64,000 bases of DNA from an uncultured Hyphomicrobiales bacterium (lineage in GTDB: Bacteria; Bacteroidota; Ignavibacteria; Kapaibacteriales; UBA2268), in assembly GCA_964464375.1 (NCBI GenBank), contig CAYXFU010000005.1, positions 3,495 to 67,494 on the forward strand. The letters are read 5' to 3'. Shown here piece by piece: positions 8,817-17,146 of this stretch. Under the pieces are notes generated by a model. The model searched no databases, was not told the DNA's origin, and was given only the letters and a program-made list of their open reading frames with translations. A program made the position numbers and the translations under genes. Within the stretch, counting starts at the first letter, position 1. Each line of letters starts with the position of its first letter.

Positions 8817-9266
8817 ATGACAACTTCTGGCAAAATAGAAGCCATATCTATAAGTACCAAAAAGGGAATTCCAAAATCGAATATTGACTCTGCTATACTC
8901 AGAGAAAACTGGGGTATCGAAGGTGATGCCCACGCTGGTGAGTGGCACAGACAGATATCCCTATTAGCAGATGAGAGCATTGATAAGATACGCAATGCCG
9001 GGCTACCCGAAGTAAAAGCTGGAGCATTTGCCGAAAATATAACTACAAAAAATATCGATTTACTTTCAGTTCAAATTGGTTCAAAGTTAAGAATCGGGAA
9101 AGATATTATTCTCGAAATTACACAGATTGGCAAGGAATGTCATTCAAGATGTGCTATTTATCAAATCGTTGGTGACTGTGTTATGCCAAAAGAAGGTATT
9201 TTCGCTAAGGTTCTTCATGGTGGTAAGATTAGCATTGATGATAGGATAGAATACTATGATATATGA
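8817..9266 (+). CDS. MOSC domain-containing protein (YiiM-like); ORF track start 8784, likely real start 8817
   Basis: MOSC motifs GIEGDAHAG, FAENITTKNIDL, LEITQIGKECHSRC. It lies immediately after the moaC stop. Confidence 0.8.
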   Translation: MTTSGKIEAISISTKKGIPKSNIDSAILRENWGIEGDAHAGEWHRQISLLADESIDKIRNAGLPEVKAGAFAENITTKNIDLLSVQIGSKLRIGKDIILEITQIGKECHSRCAIYQIVGDCVMPKEGIFAKVLHGGKISIDDRIEYYDI

Positions 9267-9506
9267 TTAATCAACCCCACTTGTAAGTTGTTCACAATTA
9301 TGCTTTCCTTAGTAATTCAAAAGTATTTTTTCTAAGTTTTTTTATATAGTTTCGATCTTAAGTATTTATGAATTGGTAGATTAATTGTTATGATGATACT
9401 TAATAATGCAAATGAATATTCAATTATTTTTTAAATCCTAAATATTATTGAAAAGTTACCGACAATATTTATTTAATATAAATTATAATGTTTACTGAGG
9501 TGAGTA

Positions 9507-10676
9507 ATGACTGAAATTGAACGTAAAAACTTACGACTAATAATAGAGAATCTTAAAAATTTGACAAATTCCAGGAATGATTTAGAAACCATTTTGTTTA
9601 TTCCCTTAGGTAAATCTATTAAGCAGGAGGACAAGGAAATATATAGTGATTTATTCGACACTTATAACCGATTTCTTGAGAAACATGCACAGGCACAATC
9701 ATATATAAAATCTCTTGCTAAGGGAGATCTGAATGCTGTGCCACCATCAAAAAATCTTCTGGCTTCTCCCTTCAAGAATCTTCATGCAAATTTGAATCAT
9801 CTTGTTTGGCAGACAAAGCAAGTAGCTACCGGTGATTTGAACCAGAGAATGGATTTTATGGGAGAGTTTTCTAAATCATTTAATATCCTTATTAGTTCAT
9901 TGAAAGAGAAACAAAAGATAGAAGAAGAGTTAAGAGTTAATCAGCAGGACCTACAAGATTCAAATGTAACAAAAGATAGATTTCTATCCATTATTGCACA
10001 TGACTTGAGAAATCCAATCGGTGCGGTAAAAAATGCTCTTGATTTCCTGAGGGATCATCCGGAAATGCTTAGTGATTCTGACACTCCCGATTTTATTGTT
10101 GAATTAGCCGAAACATCAAAAACAGCTTATGATTTGTTGGAAAATCTGCTTACCTGGTCAAGGTCGCAAAGAGGTATTATTCAGTTCAATCCTGAAGAAA
10201 ATGATTTATATTATCTGATAAAGGAAGTCGTTCCTTTGGTACAGATTAATGCCGATAACAAGAAGATAGCAATCACTTCGAATGTGGAAGAAAATACTTT
10301 GATCGAAGCAGATTATAATATGGTGGCTACCATAATTAGAAATCTGGTAACAAATGCGATAAAGTTTACTAAAGAATCCGGAGAAGTAAAAATAAATGCT
10401 TACCCTGATGAGGCTACTAAGGATAAGAAGGATAAATATTTGGTTATTTCTATTGAAGATAATGGCGTAGGAATTAGCCAGGACAATATTGGGAAATTGT
10501 TTAAAATAGATCAGAATTATACCTCAGAAGGTACTAACAGAGAAAAGGGATCCGGATTAGGTTTAATCCTCTGCACTGAGTTTGTGGACAAACACAGCGG
10601 TAAGATATGGGTTGAAAGTCAATTAAACGTTGGGAGCAAATTCAAATTTACAGTGCCCTTATCAAAAACAGAATAA
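9507..10676 (+). CDS. sensor histidine kinase (soluble, coiled-coil/HAMP-like N-terminus, HisKA + HATPase_c)
   Basis: H-box IIAHDLRNPIGAV, then N (VTNAIKFT), G1 (DNGVGIS) and G2 (GSGLGL) boxes. No TM segment. Strong SD (GAGGTGAG) upstream. Confidence 0.85.
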   Translation: MTEIERKNLRLIIENLKNLTNSRNDLETILFIPLGKSIKQEDKEIYSDLFDTYNRFLEKHAQAQSYIKSLAKGDLNAVPPSKNLLASPFKNLHANLNHLVWQTKQVATGDLNQRMDFMGEFSKSFNILISSLKEKQKIEEELRVNQQDLQDSNVTKDRFLSIIAHDLRNPIGAVKNALDFLRDHPEMLSDSDTPDFIVELAETSKTAYDLLENLLTWSRSQRGIIQFNPEENDLYYLIKEVVPLVQINADNKKIAITSNVEENTLIEADYNMVATIIRNLVTNAIKFTKESGEVKINAYPDEATKDKKDKYLVISIEDNGVGISQDNIGKLFKIDQNYTSEGTNREKGSGLGLILCTEFVDKHSGKIWVESQLNVGSKFKFTVPLSKTE

Positions 10677-10683
10677 TATTGAT

Positions 10684-11361
10684 TTATTTGTAATAAAGTG
10701 TAATAACACCGGTAAACTGCTTTGTGAAGAAAGGTGCATTCACAGGAAGAGTTGATATAAAGGATATTTTTATTGTCTTTTTCTCAAAATCATGATCAAT
10801 TATACTAACTTGCGAATTTAATTCAAATTTAGAGTAAGTATAAATATCCATAATGTGTGATGATTTTTTTACTGTGAGAGAGAACCAACGATTGTCTGCT
10901 TTATCCTTATCCAGAACGATGGACTGTTGTTCAGCATTAGCTGCAAATTTTATTTCGAATTCTTTAACCCAATCCCAACGATAATCATTTGTAAATTCTC
11001 TATCAGTTTTTGTAGTCTGCATAGCAAGAGTAAACCAAAGAAAATTTGCTTTCGAGGCTGTATCAAGAATAATTTCCTTGTTTACAATCCTTCCTGCCCA
11101 GTAAAAATAGAACAATCTGTTATTAGCTTTATATTGTTCCTTTAATAAAATCTTTAGAGAATCAATAGTAACTTTTGTGATTGCAGTGTCGTTTCCACCA
11201 GGTGGTATTTGGACTGTATCCTTAATTAGAGGAAATATTTGAACATTTGGATCATAGCCGAGTGAATCCTTGCAGGAATAAAGAAATAATGACAACATTA
11301 CCAAACTGAGAAATATTGGAAATATTAATGAAAGGCTAATATTTGAATGTTTCTTTATCAT
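10684..11361 (-). CDS. lipoprotein of unknown function (third gene of ECF cassette 1)
   Basis: Signal peptide ending in LFLYSC lipobox. Directly abuts the stop of the upstream anti-sigma-like gene (11362). Confidence 0.6.
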   Translation of the reverse strand: MIKKHSNISLSLIFPIFLSLVMLSLFLYSCKDSLGYDPNVQIFPLIKDTVQIPPGGNDTAITKVTIDSLKILLKEQYKANNRLFYFYWAGRIVNKEIILDTASKANFLWFTLAMQTTKTDREFTNDYRWDWVKEFEIKFAANAEQQSIVLDKDKADNRWFSLTVKKSSHIMDIYTYSKFELNSQVSIIDHDFEKKTIKISFISTLPVNAPFFTKQFTGVITLYYK

Positions 11362-12558
11362 TTAGAAATTAAAGCCTAAACCGTAAATAATACCTATTTT
11401 ATTAGAATTAAAAATATTGTTCTGGTGTGTATATGTTAAAACACCAGCCTCACCGCCCAATACGAAGAATATGTCTTTATATGGGGAGTATTGAAGGCCG
11501 ATCATGGCTCTTGTTACAAGTCCGGTAGCAGTTCCGCCAACCTGTCCCTGGACAATACCTTCAAAGCCATTAGATCGAAGGAAAGTATATCTTCCGGATA
11601 ATGAAAAAGACAAATATGTAGGATTTTGCCGATATTCGAACTTTTCATTAACTTCGTTAGTACCTTTATAAACCTGATAGAAATTTTCCTGTCGTATATC
11701 CATACCTAACTTTAAATTATCTGATACTTTATAATTTAAAATTAACGAAGTATTATTCAGCAATTGATTAGAATAAATAGGCAATGTTGAGCTTGGTAAA
11801 GACCAGCTTCCATTTCCTTTGATTTCAAATGAGAGTCCTAAATCACTCTTAATTCTAATATTATCTGTAAATGAGTTGTAGATTGGTTGATCCAGGCTAT
11901 TTAGGTTCGATGAATTATTGTCAGAATTAATCTGTGCAGGCAATGTTGGATAATTAAAATTACTAAAGGATGCAAAATGAGGAACTATAGTGATATCCTT
12001 ATTTGAAGCAATTAATGCTTCTTTCTCAATGATTTGATTGCTATTGTCAGTTAAATAAACATATTTGATGATAGTGCGAACTCTTGGTGGCACTACTTCG
12101 TTAGACATGATATTAGGTACAGAATTATTATTATTTAGTGAACTCGATTCAGATTTAACTATTTGATTTGATTGAGCTACCGATTGATTATCCTGATTTT
12201 TCTCCAACGTGTGAAGACCCAGGAACAGTCCTGTAGTAACTGCAAGAGTAGCCAAACCAGAAATAATAGCCTGAGAATAAGTGCTAAAAAATGATGCAAA
12301 TGCTGATTTCCCGGCTAGAGCTGCTCCGGCAATACCGGCTGCTGTTCCAATACCCAATTGCTGGAAAATGCCAATTGTAGAAGCTGAAGTTGGCACAAAT
12401 GCACTGATTCGCTTATTAAAGGCTTTATCGAGAGAAATAGCCTGCTTCAGCTCGTTCCTTAGTTCGTCACTAGTAGATAAACCAAGAAAAAGCTGAGCTT
12501 CTCCAGCTTTATCCAGTGTACCTTCAAGAAATTCATGTATCAGTTGATTGTATTCCAT
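11362..12558 (-). CDS. putative anti-sigma factor: N-terminal cytoplasmic domain, single TM, Ser/Asn-rich linker, C-terminal outer-membrane beta-barrel-like domain with terminal Phe
   Basis: Starts 12 nt after the ECF sigma gene. The N-terminal ~60 aa are helical (LIHEFLEGTLDKAGEAQLF..LRNELKQAISL). A hydrophobic TM follows (LATLAVTTGLFLGL), then a ~110-aa S/N/P-rich low-complexity stretch. The C-terminal ~170 aa show an alternating hydrophobic beta-strand pattern and end in GIIYGLGFNF (OMP beta-signal). Confidence 0.65.
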   Translation of the reverse strand: MEYNQLIHEFLEGTLDKAGEAQLFLGLSTSDELRNELKQAISLDKAFNKRISAFVPTSASTIGIFQQLGIGTAAGIAGAALAGKSAFASFFSTYSQAIISGLATLAVTTGLFLGLHTLEKNQDNQSVAQSNQIVKSESSSLNNNNSVPNIMSNEVVPPRVRTIIKYVYLTDNSNQIIEKEALIASNKDITIVPHFASFSNFNYPTLPAQINSDNNSSNLNSLDQPIYNSFTDNIRIKSDLGLSFEIKGNGSWSLPSSTLPIYSNQLLNNTSLILNYKVSDNLKLGMDIRQENFYQVYKGTNEVNEKFEYRQNPTYLSFSLSGRYTFLRSNGFEGIVQGQVGGTATGLVTRAMIGLQYSPYKDIFFVLGGEAGVLTYTHQNNIFNSNKIGIIYGLGFNF

Positions 12559-12570
12559 ATTCTAAGTCAA

Positions 12571-13137
12571 TTATTTATTCGATAATTCTTTTAAGTAAGG
12601 ATCAAGTAAATCTTTCATTTTATGTTTTCCGGTAAAAACCAAATATCTTGCTCTTGCTGCAGTTATTTCGAGAACTTCTGCAATATCATCATAAGGCATA
12701 TCATTAAAAAACCGCATAATAATAGGTTCACGATATTCAATGTCCAGTAAGTCCAATGCTCTCATCAATAAATCGGATAGTTCAGTTTCTTCATAAGATA
12801 CACCATCTTGATAAATGAGATCATAATCATTAATCGAAATTGTATTCTTTGCATCGCGCTTAACGTTCAAACATAGGTTCCGAGCAATAGTAATTAGGAA
12901 TCCAATTATTGTTCCTCTTTCATATTCAGATTGAACTTTCTGATAAAACCTGATAAAAGTTTCCTGAAAAACATCTTCTGACATTTGCCTATCATTCAAA
13001 ATCGTCCGGATATAAGCATTAATGCGGATACCATAACGATCATATATCTCTCCGAAAGCTGTATCTGAGTCAGGCTTAGCCCCTTTCAGAATTTTAATCA
13101 GCTCTTCGTCAGTATATTTTGAAAAATCTTTCCGCAT
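12571..13137 (-). CDS. RNA polymerase sigma-70 factor, ECF subfamily
   Basis: Region 2 (DVFQETFIRFYQK, IARNLCLNVKRD) and region 4 HTH (DMPYDDIAEVLEITAARARYLVF). Confidence 0.85.
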   Translation of the reverse strand: MRKDFSKYTDEELIKILKGAKPDSDTAFGEIYDRYGIRINAYIRTILNDRQMSEDVFQETFIRFYQKVQSEYERGTIIGFLITIARNLCLNVKRDAKNTISINDYDLIYQDGVSYEETELSDLLMRALDLLDIEYREPIIMRFFNDMPYDDIAEVLEITAARARYLVFTGKHKMKDLLDPYLKELSNK

Positions 13138-13295
13138 TATAGATCGATACTTTAATAACTACACTAAAAGTAATGTTCTGTTAGAAATGAAACAATATTC
13201 AAAAGGTTACAAAATTAATAATTATTCTTTCAAAAAAATTACTAGAAATTAATTAAATTTGAAAAATTAAAATTATTATTTATTGCAGACTAATT

Positions 13296-14033
13296 ATGCA
13301 CTATTTTATTTCGGATATTCATTTAGGAATTTTAGAAAGAGAAGCTGATAAGCATCGCGAAAGTTTATTACTGGATTTTTTGGACAAAATCAAAGATGAT
13401 GCGAAGTCACTTTACATAGTAGGAGATCTGTTTGATTATTGGTTTGAGTACAAATCTGTGATACCGAAATATTACTATAGAGTTTTAGCAAAATTAGCTG
13501 AAATTAATAAATTCGGGATTGATATCATTTATCTTATGGGCAATCACGATTTCGGTCATTTTGACTTTTTCGAGAAAGAATTAGATATTCATGTTTACAA
13601 GGAAGATTTGGAAACCATTATCGATGGAAAGAAGTTTTATCTATCGCACGGTGACGGTAAAGCATACAATGATGCAGGATACCGTTTGATGAAAAAAATT
13701 CTAAGACATCCTCTATCAAACAGTTTCTTTAGGCTCATACATCCTGATTTCGGAATTAATCTTGCATCATCCTCTTCAAAGTCAAGCAGATCCTACACTG
13801 ATTCCAAAGATTTCAGCAAGAAGGAAGGTTTGGAGGATTTTGCTGAAGATATGATTAAACGTGGATTCGATTATGTTATAATGGGTCACCGTCACAAAAT
13901 AAATTATAAACAATACGAAGATGGAATATACGTCAATCTTGGAGATTGGATAAAACCTGAGCCAGTTTTTGGTCAATTCGATGGAAATGAGCTCAAATTA
14001 GTCAAAGTGAAAGAATTTTTATCTAATCATTAA
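13296..14033 (+). CDS. lpxH: UDP-2,3-diacylglucosamine diphosphatase LpxH (calcineurin-like metallophosphoesterase)
   Basis: YFISDIHLG, YIVGDLFDYW, MGNHDF, SHGDG and MGHRHK motifs align along their length with E. coli LpxH. Confidence 0.85.
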   Translation: MHYFISDIHLGILEREADKHRESLLLDFLDKIKDDAKSLYIVGDLFDYWFEYKSVIPKYYYRVLAKLAEINKFGIDIIYLMGNHDFGHFDFFEKELDIHVYKEDLETIIDGKKFYLSHGDGKAYNDAGYRLMKKILRHPLSNSFFRLIHPDFGINLASSSSKSSRSYTDSKDFSKKEGLEDFAEDMIKRGFDYVIMGHRHKINYKQYEDGIYVNLGDWIKPEPVFGQFDGNELKLVKVKEFLSNH

Positions 14034-14119
14034 TGCAATACCTGTCGATAATCTAATTTTGACTTCTAAACGATAAGTTAAAAATAATTATAAATGAACT
14101 CTTTTCTAAAAGGTGCAAC

Positions 14120-15082
14120 ATGAAAAAGATTGGTATTCTTATTGGATCGGATGACGTATTCCCAACTGCTATACTAGATTACATTAATGAAAAAATGGTG
14201 AACAAAGCTTCTGCAGAGTTCATTAAACTAGGTATTGTCAGAATAAATGATGTCAGCGAATATGACATAATTCTTGATTTGGTTTCATCTGAAATTCCCT
14301 TCTATAATTCATATCTGAAACATGGATGTCTATCCGGCGTAACTGTTATTAATAATCCATTTCTTTGTTCAGCAAATGATAATTTTCTTTTAGTTAAATT
14401 AGCAGAAAAGCTTGGAATTGAAACATTAAAGACCGCAATTCTCCCGACTAAGGAAAGACCACATGGAACTCATTCTGAGCACTTCCGAAACATGATTTTC
14501 CCAATAGTCTGGGAGGAAATCTTTGATTATATTGGTTTCCCGGCTGTAATCAAACCAAATTCCGGGATAAGTATGAATAATTCATTTATTGTTTATAATC
14601 CTGAGGAGTTTCATAATGTATATGATTGCTCAGGTTCAAGAGTAATGATAATGCAGGAATCCGTAGATTTTGATGAAACCTTCAGATGCTTTGTAATAGG
14701 CAGTAAGGTGTATACTGTCTATTATGATTCCAGAAAGCCCGTTCACATGCGTTTTTACAATGGAGAACATGGAATACCTTTGAAAATTAGAAAGACTATC
14801 GAAGATGTAAGTTTAAAATTCACACAATCAGTTGGGCTTGATTTTAATGCTGTTGATTTTGTTCTAAAGGGAAAAACACCTTATCCAATTGATTTTATTA
14901 ATGCTCCACCCAAGATAGATCATGCTCACATGCCACCAAACGTTTTCAGATGGCTTGTTGAAACATTAGCTGATTTTCTTGTTACCAAGAATAAAAACAA
15001 CACGAATATTCCTTGCGGATTTTTTTCTCTCCCTAGCGAAGCAAAGAAAGAAAGAAAACCCAGAAAGCAAAAGGAAATCTAG
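14120..15082 (+). CDS. ATP-grasp-like hypothetical protein with Lys/Arg-rich C-terminal tail
   Basis: Pre-ATP-grasp-like N-terminus (KIGILIGSDD), central FPAVIKPNSG and VMIMQESVDFDETFRCFVIG resembling ATP-grasp B and C subdomains. C-terminal tail KKERKPRKQKEI. Confidence 0.55.
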   Translation: MKKIGILIGSDDVFPTAILDYINEKMVNKASAEFIKLGIVRINDVSEYDIILDLVSSEIPFYNSYLKHGCLSGVTVINNPFLCSANDNFLLVKLAEKLGIETLKTAILPTKERPHGTHSEHFRNMIFPIVWEEIFDYIGFPAVIKPNSGISMNNSFIVYNPEEFHNVYDCSGSRVMIMQESVDFDETFRCFVIGSKVYTVYYDSRKPVHMRFYNGEHGIPLKIRKTIEDVSLKFTQSVGLDFNAVDFVLKGKTPYPIDFINAPPKIDHAHMPPNVFRWLVETLADFLVTKNKNNTNIPCGFFSLPSEAKKERKPRKQKEI

Positions 15083-15101
15083 TATTTTTTTTAATTTTTT
15101 T

Positions 15102-15144
15102 ATGGTTGTACTATTTTACAAAATACTACAACCATTTTTTTTTC
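15102..15144 (+). terminator. rho-independent terminator (ATGGTTGTACTATTTT / AAAATACTACAACCAT + T10), T-runs on both sides
   Basis: 16-bp imperfect inverted repeat flanked by T8 upstream and T10 downstream, between the ATP-grasp gene and gltX. Confidence 0.55.
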
Positions 15145-15199
15145 TACACTCTTTTTTTTGTAATTTGCATAGTTATAAATAAATGGTAGAATAAGGTTT

Positions 15200-16657
15200 A
15201 TGTCTGTTAGAGTTAGATTTGCTCCATCGCCAACCGGTTATCTCCATGTAGGAGGACTAAGAACGGCTCTGTACAATTATCTTTTTGCAAAAAAGTTTAA
15301 TGGAACTTTGATTCTAAGAATTGAAGATACCGATAGAAGCAGACTTGTTGAAAATGCTATGGACAACCTTATTGATTCATTGGAATGGGCCGGAATCAAT
15401 TTCGACGAAGGTCCGGTTAAAGATGGTGCACATGGTCCATACATACAATCAGAGAGACTCGAAATTTACAAGAAATATGCTGACTTATTAATTGAATCAG
15501 GTAAAGCATATTATGCTTTCGATACACCTGAAGAAATCGACAATATGCGTAAGAGACTTCAAGAAAGCAATGCCGATTCAAAATATGACAGAATGAATAT
15601 GAGCAATCAGCTTACTTTAGGTGAGGACAAAACAAAAGAATTTCTTAGCCAGGATAAGCAATTTGTGATTCGCTTGAAAATTCCAGATGAATTGATTGAA
15701 TTTAATGATATAATCCGTGGTAAAGTAGCTGTTCATGGAAAAGAAATTGATGACCAGGTCTTGCTCAAATCCGATGGATTTCCTACGTATCACCTGGCTA
15801 ATGTTGTTGATGATCATCTGATGGAAATTACACACGTAATCAGAGGCGAAGAATGGCTTCCATCAACGCCTAAACACGTTATTTTATATAACTGTTTTGG
15901 TTGGGAAATTCCACAATTTGCTCACCTGCCTCTATTGCTGAATAAGGATAAATCTAAATTGAGCAAGAGACAAGGAGATGTTGCAGTTGAAGACTACAGA
16001 GCCAAGGGCTATTTCAGGGATGCTTTTATAAACTTTATTGCTCTATTGGGTTGGAATCCATCAGCTGATAAAGAAATTTATACTATTGATGAATTGATTC
16101 AATCATTCAATCTTGAAAAAGTTAATAAGAGTGGAGCAGTATTTGATTTAGTTAAACTTGACTGGATGAATGCTCATTATCTCAGGAATATTGAATCGGT
16201 AGATATTCTTGCAGGTCAATTAAATGAAATTCTTATTAACAATAATATTGAAGCATCAAATTTTAGCCGGGAATATTTGGAAAAAGTTATGTTACTTTTT
16301 AGAGAAAGAGTTACATTTATTCATGAAATTCCATCTATAGCCTCTTATATGTTCAAAGATCCTGATCAATTTGATGAAGAATATAAATTAAAGTATTGGA
16401 AAGAAAATACCGGAGAGTTGTTAGCAGAACTTAAGACAGATTTGGTAAATTTGAATAATTTTGACCATTTAACAGTACACGATGAGGTTATGAAATTTGT
16501 TGAATCAAAAGGAATTAAACTTAAAGAGATTATTCATCCCATCCGATTGATTATTACAGGAAGATCTCAGGGTGCAGGTATGTTCGAAACAATGGAAGTA
16601 TTGGGTAAAGAAGTATGTTTGAAGAGATTTGAGTATTTTTTATCCAAGGTCAATTAA
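15200..16657 (+). CDS. gltX: glutamyl-tRNA synthetase
   Basis: Class I HIGH-region equivalent PSPTGYLHVGG, KLSKR (KMSKS), and overall GluRS length and order. Confidence 0.92.
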   Translation: MSVRVRFAPSPTGYLHVGGLRTALYNYLFAKKFNGTLILRIEDTDRSRLVENAMDNLIDSLEWAGINFDEGPVKDGAHGPYIQSERLEIYKKYADLLIESGKAYYAFDTPEEIDNMRKRLQESNADSKYDRMNMSNQLTLGEDKTKEFLSQDKQFVIRLKIPDELIEFNDIIRGKVAVHGKEIDDQVLLKSDGFPTYHLANVVDDHLMEITHVIRGEEWLPSTPKHVILYNCFGWEIPQFAHLPLLLNKDKSKLSKRQGDVAVEDYRAKGYFRDAFINFIALLGWNPSADKEIYTIDELIQSFNLEKVNKSGAVFDLVKLDWMNAHYLRNIESVDILAGQLNEILINNNIEASNFSREYLEKVMLLFRERVTFIHEIPSIASYMFKDPDQFDEEYKLKYWKENTGELLAELKTDLVNLNNFDHLTVHDEVMKFVESKGIKLKEIIHPIRLIITGRSQGAGMFETMEVLGKEVCLKRFEYFLSKVN

Positions 16658-16660
16658 GCT

Positions 16661-17125
16661 ATGCAAAGAAATAATTATATTAAATTTGGTAACTTTTTTA
16701 TCTTATTCGTATTATTGCTAATGTTTGAATCTTGTGGCGGAATAAAACCTTACTATTGCTTCAAAGATAAAATGAAAGAAATTAATATTAATTGGGGAGT
16801 TATTGTAAAGGACAAAATATTTTTAACCCACAGCATGCAGTCAAACGGATTAATAACATTAATGAATGCTGATAGTTCAGTTAAGAGGTTAGGTCATCTA
16901 AATGATTCTCTATCTTGTAAGCTTTTTGGAGAAATAAATAGAGCAATGCTTAAAGTACAAGCTTGCATGGATCCTGGTGATACAGTTAGGTTCCTGACAA
17001 TAGTAAATCCTGAGACTGATTTATTTATTAGAACCAGATGGAATCCAAATTTTAATAGTGAGAATTCTAAAATATTGAATCAATTATACGTTAATTTAGA
17101 AAGTTATATAAAAATTATAAATTAA
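16661..17125 (+). CDS. hypothetical secreted protein
   Basis: ORF with N-terminal hydrophobic signal-like segment. No recognisable domain. Confidence 0.45.
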   Translation: MQRNNYIKFGNFFILFVLLLMFESCGGIKPYYCFKDKMKEININWGVIVKDKIFLTHSMQSNGLITLMNADSSVKRLGHLNDSLSCKLFGEINRAMLKVQACMDPGDTVRFLTIVNPETDLFIRTRWNPNFNSENSKILNQLYVNLESYIKIIN

Positions 17126-17146
17126 GAAATTTAAACGGTAAAAATT

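Noticed and set aside
8941-8960. TGGCAC hexamers (for example 8944, 4491, 46661, 27150) as sigma-54 promoters for the NtrC-type activator
   Set aside because: None is followed by TTGC at the correct 5-nt spacing, and all lie inside coding sequences.
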